DNA of 35,185 bases, taken from assembly GCA_000934665.2 (NCBI GenBank), contig JYFJ02000988.1, positions 62,001 through 97,185 of the forward strand, read 5' to 3'. Shown in pieces: positions 1 through 13,566 of this stretch. Each line of letters opens with the position of its first letter. Within the stretch, counting starts at the first letter, position 1. This stretch comes from Catajapyx aquilonaris. Lineage: Eukaryota. The notes under the pieces were generated by a model. That model made no database searches, was not told where the DNA came from, and saw only the letters and a list, made by a program, of their open reading frames with translations. A program made the position numbers and the translations under genes.

Positions 1-2367
1 TAACAAGACCACAGCTGCAGGGATTTTGTGGCAGAAGCAATAGTTTGAGCCAATGCCAAACAGTCAGGCAACAATAATTAAACTATGATATTGATAAAAG
101 GAAAGTTCGGCAAGATGATGAGGAAGGAAGCAACAGGGAGTGACTTATTCTTATTAGCAGTTTGTATTAAGATGTCTATAAAACCAAAAGGTTGTCAATT
201 TGGATAAGTGGCAGGTGCTGCTGTTTTGAGAATGTCGTGTCTTGGGAGTCGAAATGGCGCTGAACCATGGAAAGTAACTATGGCATCGGTTTCAATACTG
301 TAGGCCAGTGCATATCACAGTACACATATTACAGTGTATCAAGTGTGGGTATAGTGAGACGAGCTATAAACCTCCGCTTTATTTGTGTGAAAATTATGAA
401 AACATGAAAACGCATATGCTGTTTACCTGCGTGAATTCGGGTTGATCAAATCAAATTAAAAGCACGTGAATATAACAGGTGCACAGTTCACGTACTGTAT
501 CGGAAAATATATGCACACACCTGCAGTATTCACTAGTTGAGTTTTGTTATAGGTTTGGTCACAGGAGATAAAGCCAAAACTCAATCATCTGATGATGACA
601 GGTGGTTCAGGGAAAATCTGGGAACTGGCATCATTCTTCGCAACAGGAGTTCTTTGTAACTGATGTCCTTCACGTGTAAATGAACATTATAAATATTTCA
701 ACAGTGCGACGATTTGCTATTCTATACGGCTCAGCATTAAAATTAATGTTTTCGGATATAATGTACTGGTAATGTGGAAATTTTTTTAAAGCGGTATCAC
801 ATGCAGGGTAATACGCGCATGAAAATATTTTATCGGCCATGACCAAATCGGGACTCAAACGTGAATAAGAGTTATACTGTATAGGCCACAGTACAGACGA
901 TAATGTTACGCATCCCAGAGTCTCGATCCCAGAGCAATGCAAATTACAGTGTATGTCCCCAAAGCCTCTGTGGTCATCGCCTGTTGCCGCAGTAACAGAG
1001 AGGCAACAAATTCCAGACTCTCCAACAGCATTCCTAGAGTCGATTGACCCTGCATTACAATAGACCACGCAATTCCTGTGTTAGATAAGCAGCATCTCTG
1101 CGCTATTAAAGGGTGACGCATTTCTCTCTATATATATTACGCTGAGTTAGTTACGACAGACGTTTACAAATTAACGCCACAAATCCAATCACTCTGTGTT
1201 TACTCACGAGATGAAATGACATGCGACGCCCTGATATCATGCCAAAACTTGCTGGATTAATCTTCTCTTCTTGCTTATGGATTCCGAGAGATCATGAAAT
1301 TTTACACCAGCGTTTTGCCGGGATTGCCTTTTTTTATATATATAAAATTTCCTCTCTCCTGGCGTCCAAAGTCGGACAATGTCGTACACCATGTCTTTAT
1401 AGTGGGTTTGGAGACGGGCCAATCAGCGCCAGATTTCTCTCGAGACTGTCAAAATTTTTTCGGGAACCTATAGGATCGCAGTAGAAGAGCAGGGGAAATT
1501 ACTCTTTAAAGTGCGATGTATTTAACTGCTCCGGCACCACTCGGCTTCAAAAATGGAAATTGAAACCGCATTCATACTGCCATTAATTGAAATGGCATTG
1601 GATTTAAACTATACATGCGACTATCCCGTGGATATAATGGAATATGTGAGTATTGGCTTACATTTCAATCAGCAGAAGTGAGTAGTTGGCCAAAAACACA
1701 ACAGGCTGTTATAAAATATTGGGAATCAAGGGTTAAGCCGACACATGCCATATATGTGATGGAAAACGCTAAAAGCATGTAGGGTCAAATTAGGTTGCAT
1801 GACTTGAACCCTGTGTCATGTCAATTGGGGAATGGCATTTTGAGTTGCATTATTATGATTTAGTGTAAAAAAAAGCAGGCGCGGAAAGTGTTGGTAATTA
1901 TACAAAGGCCTTTTTAGTGTGACCCCTCCCTGTGAAAAGCCACAGCTAATTAGTTTACTGCTCATTTTGAATATTCGAGGGAGGGGGAAGGTTATAATCT
2001 TGTTTACACAAAACGAGGTGTGGGTGTTGAGTGTGCGGGTGCAGCTTATTTTCGCCTGCTTCCTGCGCAATAATTTACCCCCTTGTCGCTACCAAGCCAT
2101 CCTCAAGATATTAGCATTTTCTGAAGGAAAAAAAAGAAGTTCTTACACGACAGGAATTGCGGTTTCCGGATTTTGCCAAGGCTAAAAATGCATTATCAGT
2201 AAGCGGTCGACACACGGCAGCCTCGCCTCTCTGGGATAGGAAAAAAAAAATTGGCGCAAACAAGTATAGAAGTCGATACATGGTGAATCTGGGCTGCTGA
2301 CCTCATCAAAAATGTGCAACGATGTGGTCACGATCTGCGTTATGGGAGGCCTCGGTTTCCTCACCCA

Positions 2368-2580
2368 GATGATGGTGATGATGATGACTTTCTTTACGGA
2401 TTTTCCCCGCGAGCCATTAGGTCGCTCGGGGGGCTATGGTATAAGTACTGCGACACTATAGTCCTAACTGAGCCATATAGATAGCCTCGCTCTCCACCAC
2501 TCAGCGTGTACTATCTACAGGTCAAGAGGCTTCCATGAAACTCTACGTTACATCCGGCTACTAGATTTTACGTGGGGGGT
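2368..2580 (-). mobile_element. Probable 3' end of a non-LTR retroelement (LINE 3'UTR or SINE tail) ending in a (CAT)n tail
   Basis: Minus strand ends ...CCCCGAGCGACCTAATGGCTCGCGGGG-AAAATCCGTAAAGAAAGT-CATCATCATCACCATCATC: a GC stem-loop (2405-2431) just before a trinucleotide tail (2368-2387). A second stem is TAGATAG/CTATCTA (2478-2484/2511-2517). No 5' boundary or TSD identified. Confidence 0.4.
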
Positions 2581-5500
2581 AAATTATTCAAGAGCGAAGC
2601 TGATTAAAACCCTTGTTACACAGGGTGGTACACTGCCCAATGTGATGTGGAGAGAAAATGTGCTAAATTACATTTGCATCTGCAGCTGTAGCTCGATAAC
2701 TGATGAAAAGTTATGGCACCTACGAATTAGCAGCTACTGCGAAACTTAGAAGATGATTCTAAGAATTTGATCAGTGCTGATTTTCATATAAGTTTAGCCG
2801 ACCAAATCAAAATAAATAAAGCTTTGATGGTGATGATGGTGATGAGTGATTATGTAGGAGAAGACCTTATTGATTGCTCCAACTAAAGCAAACCAGTTAA
2901 AACGTACCTATAGGAATGGCTCAGCGTCTAATTTTAACTAAATGACAAAGACTATCACGTTAATTATTACGTGCAACATTTTTATGCTTGTATGTGTCCT
3001 TCATGGTCTCTCAGGTCTTTTTTTAGATTGTTGCATGCTTTACGAGTACTTAACGTTTAATAATTAAATTTTGATGAGCATCATAAGAGTGGTGTCAGAG
3101 GTTTTTTAAATATGGAAATGGGCAGCGGGGCAGGTCTGGGATATTTCAGTTTTAAAATGTTGTTATGACATGTTTCGCCAGATATTTCAGCACTAGACGC
3201 CGCGCCGTAAAAACAGGTACCAGCATATTATGCAATATACCGTATACCTATAGGTTTTGCATGGAAGACTATATAATTATATTACTTGAACATTATTAAC
3301 AAACCCATTTTGTATTGGTAATATTCATGATATGTCACATCCCCCCCCCATATTGTCACACACCCAAAACACATAAAAATCTTAAACTGCCTGACCATCT
3401 TTGATGGAAATTGAAGTTTCCAAAAGAGGAAAAAAAATCGGTGGTGAACGACCTTTTTTCAGACCTTTAGTTCAAGGTCTCCCCGGGAGCATAAAAGGTC
3501 AGTGTACTGACTTGCCCTCGTGTGCTTGAGGAAGAGGGCAGACACACTTTGCCTTCGATTATGTCACAGTTCACGTGAAAGGTTCGTGATAAATGCACGC
3601 ATACAATGAAATAAGAATTGCTGATGTCAACTTATATAGCTGCAGCGAGTGACACAATCTATATGCAAAAGCTGTCTTGGACCAACGTGTGCATTTTTTG
3701 GGACAAATATATTACAAGTTCATCCTGCTGGTAACTTTCACCCATACATATTTAAGAGAACTGGTTTGGTCCGTTTTCGAAGCAATTCTCTCGAACCGAA
3801 TTTTCTCTCTTTCCCATGCAGCCCATCAGAAAGAGGAGTCGGCCCAGGTGAAATCCCAGTGAGCGTCTCTTCTTCTTCTTACATTTTTATTGCCCAAAGT
3901 CTTCTTTTCCGACACCTGCTAAGCCCACATGAATATTTTACTACTCAAGGCGGGATCTCAGTTTTCATCGGGAGAATTTCCATCATTACATCGATGCCAC
4001 TTCCATCACGAAAATGAAAACCGTGGATCAATACACTCCCCTATTCTCATTTTTTTTTCAACGCTTCTTGATTTCGTAACTTATGGAAGGGAGGGAGTCT
4101 TGGAGGTTCAAGGAAGAAAGAGAGAAAAAATTATATGTATGGAGTGTCACAATCGATGCTCGCGATTCTTGGAAGTAAACACTCGAGTTTATCTCAGCTT
4201 TCAGACGCCCATTTGTATTAACCCCACGTCCTTATGGGAGCAAGGTTACGATCCGGAATTAGATGAATCTATTATTGACCTTACCGCTTTGACCTTTTCC
4301 TGATTCCAGCTTCCTCTCTGCCTCTCCACCCCCCTGGAAATCATATTCCCTGATTCCCACTCGGGATACGCAAACAGGACTCTAAGCCGGATAAAATTTC
4401 ATCTGACATTGGGGGGGAAAAGCTTGGATGAGAAGACACGAGTGACTATGAATGTATAGAGCGGCTGAGGAGAATTGGGAGTGGACTGTGGAGAAAATGC
4501 AGGCGACAATATTGGATTACATTCGTCTCATTTGAAGATGAAAGAGGGCATATCCATTCATTCCTATAGAGATAATGAGAATGGCTATAGAATTACTTGA
4601 ACGCCTCGATACTTCGAAGTCAGTGTGTCACTATAATGTAGAATGGTGCATGAGGTTGACTTTCTCACCACCACACATTACAGGTATATAGGAAGTGTCA
4701 AACCAGTTCTAACGACAAAAAAAACACTCTCAACTGTCTCGTAGGAGGTGGGTTTCGAATTTGTGATGATTGACAGTAAGTGCTGCAGTGTCGCAATGGG
4801 TCAACCATAAAGTACGTCATGTTATGGTAAGTGGTAGGTGTGTATGGGGTTCAAAATTCGGATAAATCAAAACGAGGAGAAAAGTCCACAATAAGCCGCA
4901 TGTTCAAATCTTCGTAATAAATATTATTCATCTGTAAGTACCACACAGTTGAAGTAATAATCAAATATTACATATTTTTTTGGTTATTCAAAATTCGAAG
5001 TTTATGGACATTGCCCAATTTAGGAAAAAAATATAAATCTTCGTCCTCTGACGAATGGACTTCACATGTACAGCATGTTTTTCACCCTGTGACTTCCACA
5101 GCTGCAGGAGCATGCACTAAATTATGGATTCACGTAGCCTCTCATGTTCTGCGCTGATGGGATTCATGCATAAGGTATTTTCGGGGTCAATTGTTAATCA
5201 TCATTGTTTTCATATGGAGCCTTGCTGAGTTCTGTGAATGACGTTACGCACACTGTAATTTTATGAGTCCAGCCACTGGAACTAACAAGTAATTTAGATC
5301 CCAACATACGGGTACTATACCGTGGACACAGCAAATAAATATTGCATATGTTCTCCTTTGCCGAACCATATTAACTGTATACATTAATATTCATTACTGA
5401 GTAATGCGCAGTATTATTCAATGCACTCGGGATTAGCTCATATTAAACTTTGACTTGGAAGATACTGTTGAGATTTTACTGATCGGCTCTATACGATTTA

Positions 5501-7822
5501 TGCACTGCAACAAAAAGCAGTCGAGTTATATATTATCAAGCTGAACAGGAAGCAATCTTTGTGCAAAACATTTCGTTGACACGCTGCGTAAAAATGCCAA
5601 AAAAAAACACCGATAAGAAAGCTCATTTTAGTGGCAAGTTGGAGCTTTTGTCAACACGCTGATTTGGACATCGCAGGGGGATGGAAGAAAGAAAGAAAAA
5701 ATCCTCATAATCCTAAAACTTTCCGGAACGTTCCTGGCGAAAAAAAGGGTGGCCATAAACTCCCTCCCCTTAAATGAGTAGTAGTTGCAATTTCTTTTTC
5801 CTTTTTTTTGCAGAGATGTGAAGACCGCTGATGAGCATTCTGCTTCTGGGCTCGATTCGCATGCTTTGTTCATTTTCGCCTGAAGGAAAATGCTCAACTC
5901 GCGGATCGAGAGCTGCCAACTACAATTAGGAACAGCATTTAGCTCCGGATAAAAATTGCAGGGTCCATCCGGACTTAGCAGCTTTACTTTTATGGCAATG
6001 GGTGTAACACCACAGATGGTTTTGTTTACAAACAATGACGTAAATAACGGTTCGTTGCCTAATGCTTATTAGCTCCGCCAACGTCTGTCATGTAAAACAG
6101 ATTTTTTTTTCGAAAAGAATGGTGTAAAAAAATGTACATCGTGACATCTCCCAGCAGAGATTAATGTAATGTCAAGATTATCGTCGCTGTTCCAAGTTGA
6201 GGCACCTCTGCGCAATATACTGGCTTCAAATGGGATATTACATAATTACACTACTGTCAACTCAACAATCCACTTGACATGTTTTCAGCAAAATTGCAAA
6301 TTTTTTTTGAGCGCATTAATTACACATTTTATATAGCAGCTCCGTAAATTCAGCGTTTCGTGCCACTAACAAATCCACACCGGGATTTGTACCGTATAAT
6401 CAACCGCCCAATTTTTGTAATATGATATTTTATCGTCGCAATTTTAATATTCCGCTCGTCGTTTTGCTTCCAGCTGCACGCAATCGACCTTGGACCTTCG
6501 AAATGGTAGTTAACCTGAACTTGAGAAGCGTGAGAAAAATGCCTGGAGCTGGCATCTAGTTTTCCTTGACACTGTCCCAGATACTTCCGAGGACGGTGAA
6601 TCACAAATGAGCAATTTTTTCAATAACCTTCATTCAGAATTCAAGTGCGAGGTAAGTTACTTGTGTACGTACTTAAGCATCACGTGCTTGTTGGCCTATT
6701 CTGTAGGTACAGTACAGCAGTAGGCTACCGGTGTACATGAAGATGAATTACGTACCTTTTCGTCCATTTTAATACCTTGCAATAATTGTTGATTCTGTAA
6801 TGATACATTCACTAGACAATTATGTAATAACAGCAACGTCTATAAACTAGCAGCAATAATAATTATTTATTTATTCTGTTGAATGCTCTGAGTTAATATT
6901 GCCAGAAAGTTTTACTTTGAATGGATATGTATTCATATCGTGTAATGTCAGACAAAATTGGTTACGACTTGTTTTTCTTCAGGAATCGATATTATTGCAA
7001 TTCAGCAGTGGCAAGCGAATATTGTACAGTGCGTTTTGATGTAAATTGCGGTGACAGACTTTTGGCCAAACTCTGATTTAAAAAAAAAAACAAGTTATGC
7101 AACGAATAAATTGATTTCGTCTCACTTGGTCATCAAACATATCAGTGCAACGAAAGTGGAAAAAAGTGAAATAAATAGTGACAGTTAATTATTGCTGTGC
7201 ATTGCGCACTTGCATATTTATCCGAGTGAAGCCAGCTGATGATGAAGGGGATGGAAATTAAAAGTAGGGGAGATGACTTCTTGAGAAACTTCCACCAGTC
7301 TGCTCACCTGGAAGGGAAAGCAGTGACCTCCTTTGCCACTGTGCCCCCTTCCCACACCCTAAACAACAATCCCCCACCACCACCACCATCCTTATACCCC
7401 TCCCCACTTTTAAAAAAAAATTGCGAAGACGCAACATCGCGACTTCTTCATTCCAGATTCTCTCAGGAAATGCGACCAGCCTTGAGAAAGAGCAGTTTCA
7501 TGTCAATTCAACTACTAACCGGTCTGACCATATGATTTGCTCTCATAGGATGACACCCGCAATTTTCTAACCACACAGTAACGTGCTAGTAAATTATCCC
7601 GTATTTTTGCGGCCGTGAAATCGAGTGCATTGCTTTGCAGGGGGGGAGGGTGTGCAGCAGCAGCTTCAAGTACTTAATAACATCGTCACGAGCACACTTA
7701 AAACATACGCAATAAATTGTCATTTATTAATTCATATTTCACGAAATAATAGTAAGGGGGCTCCAGCTCCGTTTGAAATATAACGGTTATACGCCCTCTC
7801 TTTTTTTCCGATTAAAAAAAAA

Positions 7823-7838
7823 GAGAGAGAGAGAGAGA
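7823..7838. repeat. (GA)8 microsatellite next to a poly-A tract
   Basis: Direct reading; a second (GA)8 lies at 12579-12594. Confidence 0.85.
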
Positions 7839-10382
7839 AAGGAAGTGTGAACCAAGATTGTAATGTGGCTATTTAGGTGCGACTTGAAACATGATCCGAC
7901 CTGAATCTATAGTCGAGCCTGCTCCGAATATCAAATCCGGGCAATCCCAGTGCCCCGGAGAGAAAACGAGTCGGCGCGTTTTATAGGGAAGGAAAGAAAA
8001 TTGTAATTTATTACGTTCTGAAATCGCCGGCCGCTGTAATTTCTCCCATGGGCCAGATCATTAAACGCGCCTTTTCTCCAGCAAAGTTTCCTCTTCTCCA
8101 GGACTTGCCCTGGATGAAAAAAAAGTCCATACCTGACTCTGATTGCTCCAGAGCAATTTTCCCGGAACTCAAAATGGCCACAGTCAAAATCGGGACGAGG
8201 TAGCTCCCGGACACAAGATCTAATTAATTGGAGAGTGCTTCCCCGGATTGATTTAATCCGGTGATTACGGGACGCGCAGATCTATTAGGCACATTTTTTC
8301 GCGTCATAATTTTAAACGAGGCAATGTTAGAATTGAATTGAACGTCCCAGTAGCCATTAGCAGTGCTTTTTTATTATTCGTGTTTGTTCTTGGAAAGATT
8401 ATTATTCGTCTGCTGCCCTGGATCTCATTTGCACAGACCTCCTTAAGTTTTTCGCATCCGAATAGCTTAGGATTGTTAGGCGGAATTTTTGCTTTGCAAC
8501 CAGTTCTGCTGGATTTTGTATTACTTTGTTCAGCTGTGGAGTAATCTTCATGACGGAAAACAGTTATTCAAGCCGATAACAACATCAATTAAGAGCTATT
8601 ACAACTGTGCTACTTTTCTTGTTAAGCGGTGCATCATTTCAATTGGTATGTACGAATTTAAATTCAGTGCTTTTGCAACTTTCGTTTGTTTCTAAATTGC
8701 AATTTCTGAATATAAATATTCTAGTGATGTCAGCAATCAAAAGTTGCCAACATGAATATACGGACCTAGAATATTTCTCAGGTGATTAGCAATCCTCGTG
8801 TGGGTTGTTCCCAATTCCGTAATTTACCATCAGCGGGATCCATTTATAGCTTGCTCAGTGCATTGCCTTTTCAAGGACCTATACAAGTACAGCAAGCTAA
8901 CTCATCACCAAACTACTCCAAAGCCAATTTTTATTCACAAGTTTTACTCGGAGCTTGTTTTATTTAAACAATCGACTTTGCCAGTTAATCAAGTTGAACG
9001 GCCCTCGACCAGGAAAATGCTTTAACATGAGTTCAGATCAATATAATAAAGGCTAGAATCCAATATGGATGCAGTGCAGGTAATATTGGCATTTCATCAC
9101 TGTAAATTACTGGTTGGTTCTTCACTATTAATTAAAATACAGCATGGAAGCCATGTGGAAGCATTAGTTGCATAGTTTATGTGAGTAGGAATAATTGGTC
9201 AATGCAGCCTATAAGTTACATTATGCTTGCAACTGCAGGTATATATTTGTGGATAGTAAAAGTGACATAGTGCTCCAATAGTCTTTGCTAATACATAATG
9301 ATTATGCTGTATTTTAATCAGTTACTTTTAGAGGATATCAACAGTATTAGTTGATAAATTCGACCCAATTACAGCAACTATACAGCGACTAAAATGAAAT
9401 GAATTTTCGACGCATAATTTTTTTAAAATGTGGAATAGGGCCTATCAATGATGTTGCTTTTATTTAAACAATTCGCAACTTCTCTCCTTGCCTATCTCCA
9501 TTTCGCATATAAGCCTGCCGGCCTTCACTTCCAAATAAAAAAAGTGCACTGTACTTTTATAATTGCCATATGCCATGCATAGCTTTTTCCAACAAAAGTT
9601 CCAACTTTTAACAAGTACGGCATATATATCCATTGACCTATTGAGCTAGTTTGATGTAAGCCTCTCCTAGTGCATTATTCACAACTTCCAACACCAAACT
9701 TGCAAGTGGAGGGTGGTCCCAACTTTTTTCAGAAACATTAATAATGAGTAGCCTGGAGTGCACCATCGTGAAAAAAAGCGGAAGGAAGTGGGGGAAAAAA
9801 AGTCCAGTAGTTGATGCCATATTATACAGAGTGCCTTATGGAGTGTGTTGGTCGGCCAGCATTTCCGCTCGACTTGTCCCCTGAAAGAAGGGTCCGATCG
9901 GCCACTGGCCCCATAACTTCACACAACTCGTGAAGGAAAATGGAACCTCTCTCCCACCCCCCCTCCTCTTCCAGTCCCAATACATAAGTGTGATTAAGGG
10001 GGTTGGGTGGAAAAAAAGGAGTGCTTTTCACTCCGCTTCCGAGCACCAGTCGTTTTCCGGCCAGCCCCCCGATTAGAAAACGGGCCCTGGCAAAAGTTTT
10101 GCGGGTTTCCAAAATGATATTGGCCTCCGGGACTGGTGAATGGGCGAAAGGGAACTCTCTTCATGCCGACGCCTGAAAGTCTACTGCATTCCCCCCCAAT
10201 GGCCTCTAGGGATTCGGGCCTGATCAGCACCCTTTAGAGGACACCACTGGAATCACCAGGCCAAACTAATGCAACATGGACCCCAGTGACGTCACATCCC
10301 AGGAAAAGTAGGTCGATCAGAGGCAGGGAATTTGAATCTGAAAATTTTCTTCCATCATATATCATCATCAGGGGTCGAAATA

Positions 10383-10758
10383 TTAGCATGGAGTGCTTAA
10401 TAGTTATTAAGTAATAATAATAATAATTGGGTGTAGTGCAGTACCTCAGCTGAGGTCATGACACGGACCTTTATTGCCAAGGTGTACATGAATTTGGACA
10501 ACGAAGAGCCATTGTCCGAGGGCAGGGTGACTGGGAGGGGATGTGCAGTGCAATGTCGGCACTATGGTCATTTTGTGAGCTCCCCCGGGTGGTTCGTCTA
10601 TCGGAAATCCCACCCTAGACGAAGCCGGAGACGACCCCGAACTCCGCACGAGATGCCCGGGCTTGGTATCGAACCCGGGACCCTTCCAACCGTGGGCGCA
10701 TACGTTACCGCAGTGCCACTTCGCCTTCCCTGCTTAATTATTAAGCACTCCATGCTAA
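10383..10758. repeat. Perfect 20-bp palindrome split by a SINE insertion
   Basis: TTAGCATGGAGTGCTTAATA (10383-10402) is the exact reverse complement of TATTAAGCACTCCATGCTAA (10739-10758). Confidence 0.9.
10412..10730 (-). mobile_element. tRNA-derived SINE (~319 bp)
   Basis: Minus-strand head GGGAAGGCGAAGTGGCACTGCGGT (A box, 10707-10720) ... GGTTCGATACC (B box, 10665-10675). The body TGCGGAGTTC..TCTCC..GTGGGATTTCCG resembles the post-tRNA segment of V/Meta-type SINEs (from memory). It has a 3' hairpin ACCTCAGCTGAGGT and a (TTA)n tail at 10412-10429. Imperfect TSD: TGCTTAATAGTTATTAAG (10394-10411) and TGCTTAATTATTAAG (10731-10745). Confidence 0.85.
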
Positions 10759-12948
10759 AGTAATTTGCACTCCAGAGGTAAGTCTTGCAAACTTCTTTGC
10801 ACCTGGTCAAAAAATTTAAGATTCGACCCCCTGTTATGTGCATATCTAATCAAAGAGTTGCTTCCATTACTCTCTAAGAGAGGAGGTCGAAAGGTCGAAA
10901 ATAAGGATGACTTAATAGGTGTACTTATAGGGCTTATAGTTAGGCAATGAGGCAGCTTCCTTCTTTTTCTGGGGGTAAAATAATGCCGTCTTGGTGAATG
11001 GGATTTTGTGGGTAATTAAAAAGTTTTAATCAGACTTCTCAGTTTTCCAGAAAACGGAGGATTATTAAAAGAAGCCGAGTCCTAAGGCCCCCTTTGCTTG
11101 TTTTTGTTTCCTTGCGTACTTTTTTTTCATTCTCCATCGATTCCTAAACTTCATTAGCGCTGGCTTAAAGGCAGAGGGACGTACAATTTATTTTTTTAAA
11201 TGGTACTGTACACAATTGGGGGTTCACTTGAGCGTCTAGTTACCTCGGAGCGTAACGTCACCTTTTCGTCATCAGCAGTCTGTGTTCGGTTCGTTTTCTA
11301 TTTGTCCGACTTGTTCCCAAGGGCGGATTGACAAGGAAATTAGTGGAGGCTAAATCTGTCCCGACTTTTCCTTGGGAATGACCAATGGGAAGTGGCGACA
11401 TTCAGTAAGGAAGCCAAAGAAGGTCACCTAGAAGTCTCTTCCGATAACACGCCGAAGGTCCAGTTGACTTCAATTTCATGTTTACAACCACTTTTGTTTA
11501 TCTACCCGCTCTTCTTTCTTTGTATATATAAAGGGGGGCTGAGTTATGACGTAACTGTTTTCTGGACTTACGAGTTTTGGGGACCAGCGAAAGGAATCCT
11601 TCAAACGGGACTAATGATCGACTTATCAAATAGGGCAGGCTGAGGTTTATGAGTGGTCAGTTACGACCGCAAAGTCTGCTCAGAGAGAGAGAAAAAAAAG
11701 TATGGTTTTGCAATGTCTCGGTAACTGGACAGGGACAAAGAAGGCGGTGCCGGGTTATACCGCTAATTCGCCGGTATGACCTTTTTATCTCGCAATGGTC
11801 GAGTATATTCCATCGGCTTGCTTCATGACAGTCAACATGGGTGACATTTAGAAGACGGGTGGAGATGACTTACATACGGTTTTTGTTGAAGGAAAATTGT
11901 CTTGTTACGTGACTTGGAAGTGTTAGAAAGCAAAGCCGGAAGGTTTGGTTGGTTCAAGATTTGGCGGACAGATAGAGCTCAACCTTTTGTGTGACGTCAC
12001 CTTGCTCTAATTATTCTGCCGAGTGGGTGACGTATACTATTACAAGAGAAAAAGATAATTGCTGCCAGGTAATTATTGCACAGGTAGCTTATATGAATGG
12101 ATGAGGTACACTCCTATAGAAAGTAACTTGGAAATTGTTAGCCAATGTAGCAGATTGAGTCCAAGTAAATAGTCTATTGCTATATGGTCCGCTCTTTGTT
12201 CCTTGTTTGTTGTTGTTATGTTTAACAATTTTGAAGGTCACTTTTCAAGGCAGACGGTCAGTTATACACAATATGCTAGGCACAGTTAGGTATATATTTA
12301 ATTCAGCCTTTCAATGTTCGCAATGTTACCTTTGGGCCACTCTTTGGCCAATAATTACCATCATCTTTTTCACAATTTTCATTAATACGACGTACATATG
12401 AAATTATTATCGTAACTAATTTACAAAATCTTGTAAAACATGTAACGCGTTTGTGTACATTTTGTTCGACAACGAGATTACAGGTCATGCTCACTTATTG
12501 ACCGAGACAGAGACAGAGGGAGAAAAAAAAGGGTTATGTTTTTCTTCGAGTCGTCGCAGGAGTATGTTTTCTTTCTTTGAGAGAGAGAGAGAGAAAAAAG
12601 CTGTAAGAATCTAATGGAAAGCCATTTCCGGTCCTTTCCTAATTAGTTGACTCTGGAGGAAATGCCGGGGCATCAAGTACGGTGAAGTAAGTTCCAATGG
12701 AGCTGTCTTCTAGTTGGCAACAAAAGCGTGACAAAAGTCCCAACCGTCGGCTTCAATAGTTGATGTCGTGCCCAGACATGTCTTGCGGACTTATTTTTTC
12801 GCAATCAAACCAAGCGTACACTCCGATTTTTCCTTCCACTTGACAATTATGGTTCAAAGACACTCAATAACAACATATAGGATGGAGCTATACTCATTAT
12901 GCCACGAACATATAATTAATTAACTCAACTTATGAAAGCACTGCAGTG

Positions 12949-12988
12949 TTTGCCAAATTTGCCAAAATTGGCCAAAATTGCCAATTTG
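12949..12988. repeat. Short tandem repeat, about 4 copies of a 9-10 bp TTGCCAAA(A) unit
   Basis: tttgccaaatttgccaaaattggccaaaattgccaatttg read directly. Confidence 0.75.
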
Positions 12989-13566
12989 TATAATATTGCG
13001 TATTGCAAAAAGAATCGGCGAAAGATAACCAGACCTAATATCTGGACTGGCGACCAATGTTCTTTTGATCAGAAATAAACGGAGACGACGTTGAATTAAG
13101 AGGCAATGGAGTTGGAGGAATCCGGAGGGGGGAGAAAAATTCAATTTGGCATCAGAGTGTGGTTATGGGGCGAGAGGGGCCACTCTGCAAAAGACATCGC
13201 AGATTCCACGCACGGAAGCACTTCTACCCACTGGCACCGATTCAAAACTTAGGGCTCCTCCCCCGAAGCACTTGGACCTCAAAAAAAAAAAAAAAACTTT
13301 TCCTTAAAACTTCCCAGATTCCGGACTGATGAAGGAGGAGGAAAAAAAGGGAGAAGATAAAAAAAAATTACATATACGGTACGATAAAAAGGAAGAACTA
13401 ACGGGATAAAAGCATGTGATCAACACGTTCGTGTTCTTGAATTTTTCAACTGGTGTTGCTGGTGGTTAGGCTACGTAATTTTTGTTAACAACTTGTGGTG
13501 ACATTACATAACTCCGGATGCAAATGTACCCTCGTCAGAGAAAAAACTGCAGGTTAATTTTTTTAA

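Larger units (their letters stand above)
10369..10833. mobile_element. Possible degenerate DNA-transposon (hAT-like MITE) shell around the palindrome and SINE
   Basis: CAGGGGTCGAA (10369-10379) is inverted relative to TTCGACCCCCTG (10822-10833). CAGGG termini are typical of hAT-type elements. No 8-bp TSD found. Confidence 0.3.

Noticed and set aside
592..663. ATGATGA...CTGA spacing resembling a box C/D snoRNA
   Set aside because: No terminal stem and no recognisable rRNA/snRNA antisense element.
1106..1509. Possible Kolobok-like MITE (TTAA AGGGTGA ... TTACTCT TTAA)
   Set aside because: Terminal match is only 5/7 nt and internal symmetry is weak.
2621..2800. Tc1/mariner-like left end (CAGGGTGGT) with MITE-like interior
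   Set aside because: No matching right TIR or TA duplication found.
5828..5860. CTGATGAG resembling a hammerhead ribozyme core
   Set aside because: Not followed by stem II plus GAAA; other CTGANGA hits in the window also lack the core.
10655..10730. tRNA gene or twister ribozyme (CCAAGCCCGG on the minus strand)
   Set aside because: Acceptor-stem pairing is poor, and the sequence continues into a SINE body with tail and TSD; the other twister elements are absent.
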